Below, one piece after another: positions 12,001 through 26,800 of a DNA stretch of 64,000 bases. The stretch is taken from positions 64,108,001 to 64,172,000 of the forward strand of contig OZ296659.1 in the NCBI GenBank assembly GCA_965655095.1. Direction: 5' to 3'. The DNA comes from Haplodiscus bocki. Its lineage: Eukaryota. Each line of letters starts with the position of its first letter. Position 1 is the first letter of the stretch. A program made the position numbers and the translations under genes. The notes under the pieces were generated by a model that worked only from the letters and a program-made list of their open reading frames with translations, did no database searches and was not told the DNA's origin.

Positions 12001-15000
12001 CAAGCATGCAGGAACTCTTGGTTGAAAACATGTTTGGCTGTAGTAGACGTTTCAGTCTGGAAGCATCTTCAAAACTAGATGTCACTGGTTCCATTTTCTG
12101 CAGGAAGTCATAGAAAATAAAGGGAGTTTTGGAAGCTGCCCTGCAAGAATCCCTACGCCATCTGGATTTGCGTGGTTGAATGGCATCCTTTTCCTTAAGA
12201 TGATTTCAATTACGTCGGGAAATTGGGTTTTAATACGGACAGCAACAACCCTACGGTGTTTTTTTTCGCTCCGTTTGATGGAATTTCAATGCAATGGGTC
12301 TCCTGGTAATATAGTTTTCCGTTTTTCAAAACAGGTTTTTCTGAAACATTTTTCCCAACAAGGTTGAAAGGTAGCTGTACTTTCCCCAGGGTGCAAAAGC
12401 TTGTGTTTTTCACTCGTCATCTGGTATGCTAGCTACCTTATTGAACGTTCCAGGCCTTATTTAAGCATTGTCTGAGAATTTTCGAAAGACTCTGATGTCG
12501 ATAGAGAGGAATTAATAAGCATTCCTCTAATGAGCTCTTCAATGATTCTTGGAAGTTGTCAGTGTTTCTTGCTAGAATCTTTGAAAAAAGCTTCACTGCT
12601 ACGATCCTTCGAGAGAAACAAGGTTCTTGAAATACTAGAAGAGTAATGCATTTTCTGGCGTGAAGTGCCAACTTTCAGTCTACGGTAAACCGACGTATCA
12701 AAAACGTCTCGCCGCTTTTTTCAGACCATGAATGTATATATGATTTCTTCAACTTTGGGCAATGAAATGGTGTTTTGTAAACCAAGTTCAGAACGGCTAA
12801 TTTGTCTCAAAGTACTTGCAGGGGAGAGGCTTCGATGTTTAGGAATTTTTTTGCTTCCGAAAAATTCGCTATTTCATCGTAATCCTGCAAAGGAATTTTT
12901 AACTCGTAGTGCGGAAAGAATTCCTTTGAGGTACACATGGCAATATCATTAAGTCCGTAGTGATCTGAATGGCAAGGTATGGTTTAGGTGGAATAGTGCG
13001 TGTGTTCGGAGTATCACTGAAAAATTAGAAAATATTCTGGTGTTGGAAAGTGTAAAATAATTTTTTTCGACCCAAGGGCCAAAACATTTTGGCAAAAACT
13101 TCTTAATGGGGTGTTGCAGAAAATTGTTTTGACATCTTACGCCTTTTCGCACCCAAAACAAACTTTGCAGTCTTTATCCGAAATCTTAGTAATGGTTTTC
13201 GGACAGTAAGGCAGATTTCTGTTTTTTTCTAGGCAAACGTTTGCACAGAAGTTTTCGTTTCGCTTTCGGCTGCTTCTAGCCGGTTTCTATGGTTACTATT
13301 GTTTTGGAAATCTGGTGGTTTTTTTCCTAGCCTGGCGAAGTTATGCGCCCCCTCTATTTTAAATGCTTGCAAAAGTTTGATTGGAGGAATGATGAATCGA
13401 ACGCGATTGGGGTCGAGCTACCGATGGAACTAGTTATCAATATTTTTCGTAGTATCTTGGAGCTTCAAAAATTGGTCACGCATTTTCTAGCGATTAGTTT
13501 ATTTTGGCACTTTTTTAATTGTTTCCAAATAATGAATGTGCGGAAAACAACTGATTTTCCGGACACATGTTATCAGTAGCAGTATTTTTGACGTCTTTCT
13601 TTAGGATACCAAAGCGAGTTGATGAGTTGAGGTACTCTAAAATAGTGGACTTTAGTCATCTTTACCATCTAGTAACTTTTTGAATCAGGTTTTCCTCGAG
13701 TATAAGCAAGGAGAGCGTACGTAGACTTTCTTTCTTCCTTCCACCGCTCTAAAAACTGGTTGTTTTCGAAACTGCCATTGAAGGGGCGTCTGGTTTGTTT
13801 TCAAAGTTTAGACACGTTTATATTTAGGAAAATACAGTCATACGTTTCTCATTGCAAGTGTCATCTCTGTGACCAAATCCAGTGGACAAGTTGGTTTTGG
13901 AATTTTTTCGACGTTTGCTTTCGAAACAGTTTAATATTTTCTTTTTCGAGCTCTCGGGTGCCACTGAAAAACCAAGATTACATCTAATTTTCTCAAGAAG
14001 CATTGGCTGTTTGCCGATGGAAATCTACGGAATTCAATTTCGCAGTTTACTGAACATCAATATGCCACACACACACAGTGACATCAGCTGAATGTGAACT
14101 TTTTGTCGAAGTTTTGCATAACTTTTTGGTGCTTTCATACGGTATAAGAACGAACCCGGAACCTGTCTCATTCGCAATGGTACCTGCACTCGAAGGCAAA
14201 TTTGGCAAATTACGTCGCTCAGACCTCACAATTGAGCTTTGACAGGTTGGGGTTGTCCTTTCTACAAGTGGCAGAACATGGTCAATATGCAGAGGCTTCA
14301 AAATGTTTGAGAGTCTGGAAAGGCTCCCTTCTATATGTTTCACTGTTGTGTAACTCTTCTGCATAGGGCAAATGCGAACGCTCTCGGTAGCAGACCCTCC
14401 TACTTCGCTAGAAGATGTAAGTTTTTGTCAGGGGAACAAACTTCTTCAGCCAGCATTGTGAACTAAGTGTTCGAGCACAATTCAAAACCAACGAGCAAGT
14501 TAGGTACGAATTGTGGAAGACTTAACTTTGAATCATTCCGGAGCCCGGATTTTTTTGGGGTTTTTTTTCTTGTGACCGTCTTTGAGACTTTTCTCTGCCA
14601 GTAATTTTGTTGCACATTGTATCGTTAGTGATTGTTTTTCTGAAAGGTTTTGACCATTTTCGAGGTTGCTATGTCTTCCTCAAGTCTTTTCTCCTGCTTA
14701 AAACACTGAAATTACTCCTACAAAAGGCGAATGAAACGGTAACGAAGATTATTAGTTCGTCGGCACAAAGACTTCGATACCTATCATTTTCGTTGTTCAA
14801 CGCATCGCTGACAAGCATGCAGGAACTCTTGGTTGAAAACATGTTTAGCTGTAGTAGACAACGTTTCAGTCTGAAAGCATCTTCAAAACTAGATGTCACT
14901 AGTTCCATTGTCTGCAGGAAGTCATAAAAAATAAAGGGAGTTTCTGGAAGCTGCCCTGCAAGAATCCCTACGCCATCTGGATTTGCGTGGTTGAATGGCA

Positions 15001-18000
15001 TATACTTCTTCGAGAGGATTTCCGATGCGTCGAGAAAATGGGTTTTGATACGGACAGCAACAACCATACGGTGTTTTTTTCGCTCCGTTTGATGGAATTT
15101 CAATGCAATGGGTCTCCTGGTAATATAGTTTTCCGTTTTTCAAAACAGGTTTTTCTGAAACCTTTTTCCCAGCAAGATAGAAAGGTAGCTGTACTTTCCC
15201 CAGGGTGCCAAAGCTTGTGTTTGGTGCCAAAGCTTGTGTTTTTCACTCGTCATCTGGTATGCTAGCTACCTTATTGAATGTTCCAGGCCTGATTTAAGCA
15301 TTGTCTGAGAGTTTTCGAAAGACTCTGATGTCGATAGAGAGGAATTAATAAGCATTCCTCTAATGAGCTCTTCAATGATTCTTGGAAGATGTCAGTGTTT
15401 CTTGCTAGAATCTTTGAAAATAGCTTCACTGCAACAATCTTTCGAGAGAAAGAAGGTTCTTGAAATACTAGAAGAATAATGCATTTTCTTGCGTGAAGTG
15501 CCAACTTTCAGTCTACGGTAAACCGACGTATCAAAAACGTCTCGCCGCTTTTTTCAGACCATGAATGTATATATGATTTCTTCAACTTTGGGCAATGAAA
15601 TGGCGTTTTGTAAACCAAGTTCAGAACGGCTAACTTGTCTCAAAGTACTTGCAGGGGAGAGGCTTCGATGTTTAGAAAATTTTTTGCTTCCGAAATATTC
15701 GCTATTTCATCGTAATCGTGCAAATGAACTTTTAACTCGTAGTGCGGAAAGAATTCCTTTGAGGTATACTTGGCAATGTCATTAAGTCCGTAGTGATCTG
15801 AATGGCAAGGTACGGTTTAGGTGGAATAGTGCGTGTGTTCGGAGTATCACTGAAAAATTAGAAAATATTCTGGTGGTGGAAAGTGTAAAATAAATTTTTT
15901 CGACCCAAGGGCCAAAACATTTTGGCAAAAACTTCTTAATGGGGTGTTGCAGAAAGTTGTTTTGACATCTTACGCCTTTTCGCACCCAAAACAAACTTTG
16001 CAGTCTTTATCCGAAATCTTAGTAATGGTTTTCGGACAGTGAGGCAGATTTCTGTTTTTTTCCAGGCAAACGTTTGCACAGAAGTTTTCGTTTTGCTTTC
16101 GGCTGCTTCTAGCCGGTTTCTATGGTTACTATTGTTTTGGAAATCTGGTGGTTTTTTTCCTAGCCTGGCGAAGTTATGCGCCCCCTCTATTTTAAATGCT
16201 TGCAAAAGTTTGATTGGAGGAATGATGAATCGAACGCGATTGAGGTCGAGCTACCGATGGAACTAGTTATCAATATTTTTCGTAGTATCTTGGAGCTTCA
16301 AAAATTAGTCACGCATTTTCTAGCGATTAGTTTATTTTGGCATTTTTTTAATTGTTTCCAAATAATGAATGTGCGGAAAACAACTGATTTTCCGGACACA
16401 TGTTATCAGTAGCAGTATTTTTGACGTCTTTCTTTAGGATACCAAAGCGAGTTGATGAGTTGAGGTACTCTAAAATAGTGGACTTTAGTCATCTTTACCA
16501 TCTAGTAACTTTTTGAATCAGGTTTTCCTCGAGTATAAGCAAGGAGAGCGTACGTAGACTTTCTTTCTTCCTTCCTTCCACCGCTCTAAAAACTGGTTGT
16601 TTTCGAAACTGCTATTGAAGGGGCGTCTGGTTTGTTTTCAAAGTTTAGACACGTTTATTTTTAGAAAATGCAGTCATACGTTTCTCATTGCAAGTGTCAT
16701 CTCTGTGACCAAATCCAGTGGACATGTTGGTTCTGGAATTTTTTCGCCGTTTGCTTTCGAAACAGTTTAATATTTTCTTTTTCGAGCTCTCGGGTGCCAC
16801 TGAAAAACCAAGATTACATCTAATTTTCTCAAGAAGCATTGGCTGTTTGCCGATGGAAATCTACGGAATTCAATTTCGCAGTTTACTGAACATCAATATG
16901 CCACACACACACAGTGACATCAGCTGAATGTGAACTTTTTGTCGAAGTTTTGCATAACTTTTTGGTGCTTTCATACGGTATAAAAACGAACCCGGAACCT
17001 GTCTCATTCGCAATGGTACCTGCACTCGAAGGTAAATTTGGCAAATTACGTCGCTCAGACCTCACAATTGAGCTTTGACAGGTTGGGGTTGTCCTTTCTA
17101 CAAGTGGCAGAACATGGTCAATATGCAGAGGCTTCAAAATGTTTGAGAGTCTGGGAAGGCTCCCTTCTATATGTTTCACTGTTGTGTAACTCTTCTGCAT
17201 AGGGCAAATGCGAACGCTCTCGGTAGCTGACCCTCCTACTTCGCTAGAAGATGTAAGTTTTTGTCAGGGGAACAAACTTCTTCAGCCAGCATTGTGAACT
17301 AAGTGTTCGAGCACAATTAAAAACCAACGAGGAAGTTAGGTACGAATTGTGGAAGACTTAACTTTGAGTCATTCCGAAGCCCGGATTTTTTTGGGTTTTT
17401 TTTTCTTGTGACCGTCTTTGAGACATTTCTCTGCCGGTAATTTTGTTGCTCATTGTATCGTTAGTGATTGTTTTTCTGAAAGGTTTTGACCATTTTCGAG
17501 GTTGCTATGTCTTCCTCAAGTCTTTTCTGCTGCTTAAAACACTGAAATTACTCTTACAAAAGGCGAATGAAACGGTAACGAAGATTAATAGTTAGTCGGC
17601 ACAAAGACTTCGATACCTATCATTTTCGTTGTTCAACGCATCGCTGACAAGCATGCAGGAACTCTTGGTTCAAAAAACATGTTTGGCTGTAGTAGACAAC
17701 GTTTCAGTCTGAAAGCATCTTCAAAACTGGATGTCACTGGTTCCATTGTCTGCAGGAAGTCATAAAAAATAAAGGGAGTTTCTGGAAGCTGCCCTGCAAG
17801 AATCCCTACGCCATCTGGATTTGCGTGGTTGAATGGCATATACTTCTTCGAGAGGATTTCCGATGCGTCGAGAAAATGGGTTTTAATACGGACAGCAACA
17901 ACCATACGGTGTTTTTTTTCGCTCCATTTGATGGAATTTCAATGCAATGGGTCTCCTGGTAATATAGTTTTCCGTTTTTCAAAACAGGTTTTTCTGAAAC

Positions 18001-21000
18001 ATTTTTCCCAACAAGATAGAAAGGTAGCTGTACTTTCCCCAGGGTGCCAAAGCTTGTGTTTTTCACTCGTCATCTGGTATGCTAGCTACCTTATTGAACG
18101 TGCCAGGCCTGATTTAAGCATTGTCTGAGAGTTTTCGAAAGACTCTGATGTCGATAGAGAGGAATTAATAAGCATTCCTCTAATGAGCTCTTCAATGATT
18201 CTTGGAAGATGTCAGTGTTTCTTGCTAGAATCTTTGAAAATAGCTTCACCGCAACAATCTTTCGAGAGAAAGAAGGTTCTTGAAATACTAGAAGAGTAAT
18301 GCATTTTCTTGCGTGAAGTGCCAACTTTCAGTCTACGGTAAACTGACGTATCAAAAACGTCTCGCCGCTTTTTTCAGACCATGAATGTATATATGATTTC
18401 TTCAACTTTGGGCAATGAAATGGCGTTTTGTAAACCAAGTTCAGAACGGCTAACTTGTCTCAAAGTACTTGCAGGGGAGAGGCTTCGATGTTTAGCAAAT
18501 TTTTTGCTTCCGAAAAATTCGCTATTTCATCGTAATCCTGCAAAGGAGTTTTTAACTCGTAGTGCGGAAAGAATTCCTTTGAGGTATACTTGGCAATGTC
18601 ATTAAGTCCGTAGTGATCTGAATGGCAAGGTATGGTTTAGGTGGAATAGTGCGTGTGTTCGGAGTATCACTGAAAAATTAGAAAATATTCTGGTGGTGGA
18701 AAGTGTAAAATAAATTTTTTCGACCCAAGGGCCAAAACATTTTGGCAAAAACTTCTTAATGGGGTGTTGCAGAAAGTTGTTTTGACATCTTACGCCTTTT
18801 CGCACCCAAAACAAACTTTGCAGTCTTTATCCGAAATCTTAGTAATGGTTTTCGGACAGTAAGGCAGATTTCTGTTTTTTTCCAGGCAAACGTTTGCACA
18901 GAAGTTTTCGTTTTGCTTTCGGCTGCTTCTAGCCGGTTTCTATGGTTACTATTGTTTTGGAAATCTGGTGGTTTTTTTCCTAGCCTGGCGAAGTTATGCG
19001 CCCCCTCTATTTTAAATGCTTGCAAAAGTTTGATTGGAGGAATGATGAATCGAACGCGATTGGGGTCGAGCTACCGATGGAACTAGTTATCAATATTTTT
19101 CGTAGTATCTTGGAGCTTCAAAAATTAGTCACGAATTTTCTAGCGATTAGTTTCTTTTGGCATTTTTTTAATTGTTTCCAAATAATGAATGTGCGGAAAA
19201 CAACTGATTTTCTGGACACATGTTATCAGTAGCAGTATTTTTGACGTCTTTCTTTAGGATACCAAAGCGAGTTGATGAGTTGAGGTACTCTAAAATAGTG
19301 GACTTTAGTCATCTTTACCATCTAGTAACTTTTTGAATCAGGTTTTCCTCGAGTATAAGCAAGGAGAGCGTACGTAGACTTTCTTTCTTCCTTCCACCGC
19401 TCTAAAAACTGGTTGTTTTCGAAACTGCCATTGAAGGGGCGTCTGGTTTGTTTTCAAAGTTTAGACACGTTTATATTTAGAAAAATACAGTCATACGTTT
19501 CTCATTGCAAGTGTCATCTCTGTGACCAAATCCAGTGGACAAGTTGGTTTTGGAATTTTTTCGACGTTTGCTTTCGAAACAGTTTAATATTTTCTTTTTC
19601 GAGCTCTCGGGTGCCACTGAAAAACCAAGATTACATCTAATTTTCTCAAGAAGCATTGGCTGTTTGCCGATGGAAATCTACGGAATTCAATTTCGCAGTT
19701 TACTGAACATCAATATGCCACACACACACAGTGACATCAGCTGAATGTGAACTTTTTGTCGAAGTTTTGCATAACTTTTTGGTGCTTTCATACGGTATAA
19801 AAACGAACCCGGAACCTGTCTCATTCGCAATGGTACCTGCACTCGAAGGCAAATTTGGCAAATTACGTCGCTCAGACCCCACAATTGAACTTTCACAGGC
19901 TGGGGTAGTCCTTTCTTCAAGTGGCAGAACATGATCTTTATGCATAGGCTTCAAAATGTTCGAGAAACTAGGAAGGCTCCCTTCTATATGTTTCACTGTT
20001 GTTTAACTCTTCTGCATAGGGCAAATGCGAACGCTCTCGGTAGCAGACCCTCCTACTTCGCTAGAAGATGTAAGTTTTTGTCAGGGGAACAAACTTCTTC
20101 AGCCAGCATTGTGAACTAAGTGTTCGAGCACAATTAAAAACCAACGAGGAAGTTAGGTACGAATTGTGGAAGACTTAACTTTGAGTCATTCCGAAGCCCG
20201 GATTTTTTTGGGTTTTTTTTTCTTGTGACCGTCTTTGAGACATTTCTCTGCCGGTAATTTTGTTGCACATTGATCGTTAGTGATTGTTTTTCTGAAAGGT
20301 TTTGACCATTTTCGAGGTTGCTATGTCTTCCTCAAGTCTTTTCTGCTTAAAACACTGAAGTTACTCTTACAAAAGGCGAATGAAACGGTAACGAAGATTA
20401 ATAGTTAGTCGGCACAAAGACTTCGATACCTATCATTTTCGTTGTTCAACGCATCGCTGACAAGCATGCAGGAACTCTTGGTTGAAAACATGCTTAGCTG
20501 TAGTAGACGTTTCAGTCTGGAAGCATCTTCAAAACTAGATGTCACTGGTTCCATTTTCTGCAGGAAGTCATAGAAAATAAAGGGAGTTTTGGAAGCTGCC
20601 CTGCAAGAATCCCTACGCCATCTGGATTTGCGTGGTTGAATGGCATCCTTTTCCTTAAGATGATTTCAATTACGTCGGGAAATTGGGTTTTGATATAGAC
20701 AGCAACAACCATACGGTGTTATTTTCGCTCCGTTTGATGGAATTTCAATGCAATGGGTCTCCTGGTAATATAGCTTTCCGTTTTTCAAAAAAAAGGGTTT
20801 TTTGAAACATTTTTGCCAACAAGGTTGAAAGGTAGCTGTACTTTCCCCAGGGTGCAAAAGCTTGTGTTTTTCACTCGTCATCTGGTATGCTAGCTACCTT
20901 ATTGAACGTTCTAGGCCTTATTTAAGCATTGTCTGAGAATTTTCGAAAGACTCTGATGTCGATAGAGAGGAATTAATAAGCATTCCTCTAATGAGCTCTT

Positions 21001-21945
21001 CAATGATTCTTGGAAGTTGTCAGTGTTTCTTGCTAGAATCTTTGAAAAAAGCTTCACTGCAACAATCCTTCGAGAGAAACAAGGTTCTTGAAATACTAGA
21101 AGAGTAATGCATTTTCTGGCGTGAAGTGCCAACTTTCAGTCTACGGTAAACCGACGTATCAAAAACGTCTCGCCGCTTTTTTCAGACCATGAATGTATAT
21201 ATGATTTCTTCAACTTTGGGCAATGAAATGGCGTTTTGTAAACCAAGTTCAGAACGGCTAATTTGTCTCAAAGTACTTGCAGGGGAGAGGCTTCGATGTT
21301 TAGCAATTTTTTTTGCTTCCGAAAAATTCGCTATTTCATCGTAATCCTGCAAAGGAATTTTTAACTCGTAGTGCGGAAAGAATTCCTTTGAGGTACACTT
21401 GGCAATGTCATTAAGTCCGTAGTGATCTGAATGGCAAGGTATGGTTTAGGTGGAATAGTGCGTGTGTTCGGAGTATCACTGAAAAATTAGAAAATATTCT
21501 GGTGTTGGAAAGTGTAAAATAATTTTTTTCGACCCAAGGGCCAAAACATTTTGGCAAAAACTTCTTGATGGGGTGTTGCAGAAAGTTGTTTTGACATCTT
21601 ACGCCTTTTCGCACCCAAAACAAACTTTGCAGTCTTTATCCGAAATCTTAGTAATGGTTTTCGGACAGTAAGGCAGATTTCTGTTTTTTTCCAGGCAAAC
21701 GTTTGCACAGAAGTTTTCGTTTTGCTTTCGGCTGCTTCTAGCCGGTTTCTATGGTTACTATTGTTTTGGAAATCTGGTGGTTTTTTTCCTAGCCTGGCGA
21801 AGTTATGCGCCCCCTCTATTTTAAATGCTTGCAAAAGTTTGATTGGAGGAATGATGAATCGAACGCGATTGGGGTCGAGCTACCGATGGAACTAGTTATC
21901 AATATTTTTCGTAGTATCTTGGAGCTTCAAAAATTAGTCACGAAA
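1..21945. repeat. Homogeneous short-monomer zone (~7.8 copies, period 2791-2833 bp)
   Basis: Landmark periods are 2793, 2791, 2794, 2808, 2833, 2820 and 2808. All copies share the junction TTTTGACA-TCT-TACGCC (first at 1941-1957) and lack the extra block found in distal copies. Confidence 0.95.
15204..15241. repeat. Copy-specific 19-bp tandem duplication (GGTGCCAAAGCTTGTGTTT x2)
   Basis: Read directly from the sequence and absent from the other monomers. It accounts for much of the longer 2833-bp period. Confidence 0.92.
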
Positions 21946-22830
21946 ATCTTTCTGGTGGTGAGAAGTGTAGAATAAACTTTTTTGGATCCAAGGGCCAAAT
22001 GTTTTTCCAAAAAGGTCGTAGGGGGTATTACAAAATTTTGTTTTGATAGCGCTGCTCGAAATTTTTTTTGAAATAAAATTGGGGTGTAACGTAGGTTTTC
22101 ATATTCTACTGGTTGGGAAAAGGGTTGAAAGGCGAAAAATTTCGTCAGTTCTAAGTCTTAAGTGTCGGCTAGTAAAAACGGTGATCACGGACCGATCTCT
22201 GACATTTTTTGGGAACAAATAAGTTTAACCATAGTTGGGCTGTGAAGCAAAGCGTTGGCCAACAACATGATTTACCGATCAAATAATTGAGTTAGAGACA
22301 CTGTGACAGATACTTGTCTCAATTCATCATTTTCGGGCAAACATTTCATTGACAAGTGGTTTTATGCCTTTTGGCACCGAAAACAAACTTTACAGTCTTA
22401 ATCTGAAATCCTAGTAATTGTTTTTGGACAATGAGGCAGATTTCAGGTTTTTTCCGAGTTAAACTTTTGCTCGGAAGTTTTCGTTTTGCTTTCGGCTGCT
22501 TCTACCCGGTTTTCATGGCTACTATTGTTTCGGAAATCTGGCGATTTCTTTCTAGCGTGGCGAAGTTGTGCGCCGCCTCTGCTTTGAATGCTTGCAAAAG
22601 TTTGATTGGAGGAATGATGAATTGAACACGATTGGGGTCGAACTACCGATGGAACTAGTTATCAATTTTTTTCGTAGTATCTTGGAGCTTCAAAAATTAG
22701 TTTCGAAATTTCTAGCGATTAATTTTTTCGGCGTTTTTTAATTGTTCCCAAATTATGAATGTACGGTAAACAACTGATTTTCCCTACACATGTTATCAGT
22801 AGCAGTTTTTTTTGGACGACTCTCTTTAAA

Positions 22831-23873
22831 TAATCGTAATCGTGCCGAGGAATTTTTGAATCGGAGTGCGGAAAGAATTCCTTTGTGGTACACTTAGCAA
22901 TGTCATTAAGTCCCTAGTGACCTGACTCGCAAGGTATGGGTTAGGTGGAATAGTGCGTGTATTCGGGGGTATCACGAAAAATTCGGAAATCTTTCTGGTG
23001 GTGAGAAGTGTAGAATAAACTTTTTTGGATCCAAGGGCCAAATGTTTTTCCAAAAAGGTCGTAGGGGGTATTACAAAATTTTGTTTTGATAGCGCTGCTC
23101 GAAATTTTTTTTGAAATAAAATTGGGGTGTAACGTAGGTTTTCATATTCTACTGGTTGGGAAAAGGGTTGAAAGGCGAAAAATTTCGTCAGTTCTAAGTC
23201 TTAAGTGTCGGCTAGTAAAAACGGTGATCACGGACCGATCTCTGACATTTTTTGGGAACAAATAAGTTTAACCATAGTTGGGCTGTGAAGCAAAGCGTTG
23301 GCCAACAACATGATTTACCGATCAAATAATTGAGTTAGAGACACTGTGACAGATACTTGTCTCAATTCATCATTTTCGGGCAAACATTTCATTGACAAGT
23401 GGTTTTATGCCTTTTGGCACCGAAAACAAACTTTACAGTCTTAATCTGAAATCCTAGTAATTGTTTTTGGACAATGAGGCAGATTTCAGGTTTTTTCCGA
23501 GTTAAACTTTTGCTCGGAAGTTTTCGTTTTGCTTTCGGCTGCTTCTACCCGGTTTTCATGGCTACTATTGTTTCGGAAATCTGGCGATTTCTTGCTAGCG
23601 TGGCGAAGTTGTGCGCCGCCTCTGCTTTGAATGCTTGCAAAGGTTTGATTGGAGGAATGATGAATTGAAACACGATTGGAGTCGAGCTACCAATGGAACT
23701 AGTTATCAGTATTTTTCGTAGTATGTTGGCGCTTCAAAAATCAGGTACAAAAGTTCTAGTGATTAATTTTTTTGGCGTTTTGTACTTGTTTCCAAATTAT
23801 GAATTTACGGGAAACAACTGTTTTTCCCTACAAATGTTATCAGTAGCAGTTTTTTTGGACGACTCTCTTTAGA
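22831..23873. repeat. 1,043-bp internal sub-duplication of the monomer
   Basis: Novel junction CTCTTTAAAT|AATCGTAATCGTGCC at ~22831. The MRQISG ORF repeats at 22431 and 23474. Confidence 0.9.
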
Positions 23874-26800
23874 TTACCGAAGCGAGTTGATGAGTTGAGG
23901 TACTGTAAAATAGTGGGCTTCGCTCATTTGTGCCATCTAGTACCACTCTGAATGAGTTTTTCCTCGAGTATAAGCAAGGAGAGCGTAGGTAGACTTTCTT
24001 TCTTCATTCCACTGCTCTACAAACTCGGGGTTTTTGGAAACTGTCATTGAAGGGCGTTTGGTTTTTTTCAAACTTCAGACTCATTTATATTGAAAAAATG
24101 CAGACGTACTTTTCTCATCGCAAGCGTCATCTCTGTGACCAAATCGAGTGAGCAAGTTGGTTTTGGAATTTTTCGCCGTTTGCTGTGGAAACAGTTTATT
24201 TTTTGTCGAGCTCTCGGGTACCACTGAAAAACCAAGTTTACATATCTTTTTCTGAAGAATTAGTGGCTGTTTGCCGATGAAAGTCTACAGAATTGATTCC
24301 GCAGTTTGCTGAACATCATTATGCCACACTCATCGTGTTATCAGCTGAATTTGAACTTTTTGTCGGAGTTTTGCAAAAATTTATGGCGCTTTGGTACGGT
24401 ATAAAAACGGATATGGAACCATTCTCAATCCGAATGGTACTCGCACTCGATGGCTGTTTTGGCTAATTACGTCGGTCGGATCTCACAATTGAACTTTCAC
24501 AGGCTGGGGTAGTCCTTTCTTCAAGTGGCAGAACATGATCTTTATGCATAGGCTTCAAAATGTTCGAGAAACTGGGAAGGCTCCCTTCTATATGTTTCAC
24601 TGTTGTGTAACTCTTCTGCATAGGGCAAATGCGAACGCTCTCGGTAGCAGACCCTCCTACTTCGCTAGAAGATGTAAGTTTTTGTCAGGGGAACAAACTT
24701 CTTCAGCCAGCATTGTGAACTAAGTTTTCGAGCACAATTAAAAACCAACGAGGAAGTTAGGTACGAATTGTGGAAGACTTAACTTTGAGTCATTCCGAAG
24801 CCCGGATTTTTTTGGGGTTTTTTTTCTTGTGACCGTCTTTGAGACATTTCTCTCATTAATTTTGTTGCGCATTGTATCGTTAGTGATTGTTTTTCTGAAG
24901 GTTTTGACCATTTTCGAGGTTTCTATGTCTTCCTCAAGTCTTTTCTCCTGCTTAAAACACTGAAGTTACTCTTACAAAAGGCGAATGAAACGGTAACGAA
25001 GATTATTAGTTAGTTGGCACAAAGACTTCGATACCTATCATTTTCGTTGTTCAACGCATCGCTGACAAGCATGCAGGAACTCTTGGTTGAAAACATGCTT
25101 AGCTGTAGTAGACGTTTCAGTCTGGAAGCATCTTCAAAACTAGATGTCACTGGTTCCATTTTCTGCAGGAAGTCATAGAAAATAAAGGGAGTTTTGGAAG
25201 CTGCCCTGCAAGAATCCCTACGCCATCTGGATTTGCGTGGTTGAATGACATATACTTCTTCGAGAGGATTTCCGATGCGTCGAGAAAATGGGTTTTAATA
25301 CGGACAGCAACAACCATACGGTGTTATTTTCGCTCCGTTTGATGGAATTTCAATGCAATGGGTCTCCTGGTAATATAGCTTTCCGTTTTTCAAAAAAGGG
25401 TTTTTTGAAACATTTTTGCCAACAAGGTTGAAAGGTAGCTGTACTTTCCCCAGGGTGCAAAAGCTTGTGTTTTTCACTCGTCATCTGGTATGCTAGCTAC
25501 CTTATTGAACGTTCTAGGCCTTATTTAAGCATTGTCTGAGAATTTTCGAAAGACTCTGATGTCGATAGAGAGGAATTAATAAGCATTCCTCTAATGAACT
25601 CTTCAATGATTCTTGGAAGTTGTCAGTGTTTCTTGCTAGAATCTTTGAAAAAAGCTTCACTGCAACAATCCTTCGAGAGAAACAAGGTTCTTGAAATACT
25701 AGAAGAGTAATGCATTTTCTGGCGTGAAGTGCCAACTTTCAGTCTACGGTAAACCGACGTATCAAAAACGTCTCGCCGCTTTTTTCAGACCATGAATGTA
25801 TATATGATTTCTTCAACTTTGGGCAATGAAATGGCGTTTTGTAAACCAAGTTCAGAACGGCTAATTTGTCTCAAAGTACTTGCAGGGGAGAGGCTTCGAT
25901 GTTTAGCAATTTTTTTTGCTTCCGAAAAATTCGCTATTTCATCGTAATCCTGCAAAGGAATTTTTAACTCGTAGTGCGGAAAGAATTCCTTTGAGGTACA
26001 CTTGGCAATGTAATTAAGTCCGTAGTGATCTGAATGGCAAGGTATGGTTTAGGTGGAATAGTGCGTGTGTTCGGAGTATCACTGAAAAATTAGAAAATAT
26101 TCTGGTGTTGGAAAGTGTAAAATAATTTTTTTCGACCCAAGGGCCAAAACATTTTGGCAAAAACTTCTTGATGGGGTGTTGCAGAAAGTTGTTTTGACAT
26201 CTTACGCCTTTTCGCACCCAAAACAAACTTTGCAGTCTTTATCCGAAATCTTAGTAATGGTTTTCGGACAGTAAGGCAGATTTCTGTTTTTTTCCAGGCA
26301 AACGTTTGCACAGAAGTTTTCGTTTTGCTTTCGGCTGCTTCTAGCCGGTTTCTATGGTTACTATTGTTTTGGAAATCTGGTGGTTTTTTTCCTAGCCTGG
26401 CGAAGTTATGCGCCCCCTCTATTTTAAATGCTTGCAAAAGTTTGATTGGAGGAATGATGAATCGAACGCGATTGGGGTCGAGCTACCGATGGAACTAGTT
26501 ATCAATATTTTTCGTAGTATCTTGGAGCTTCAAAAATTAGTCACGAAAATCTTTCTGGTGGTGAGAAGTGTAGAATAAACTTTTTTGGATCCAAGGGCCA
26601 AATGTTTTTCCAAAAAGGTCGTAGGGGGTATTACAAAATTTTGTTTTGATAGCGCTGCTCGAAATTTTTTTTGAAATAAAATTGGGGTGTAACGTAGGTT
26701 TTCATATTCTACTGGTTGGGAAAAGGGTTGAAAGGCGAAAAATTTCGTCAGTTCTAAGTCTTAAGTGTCGGCTAGTAAAAACGGTGATCACGGACCGATC

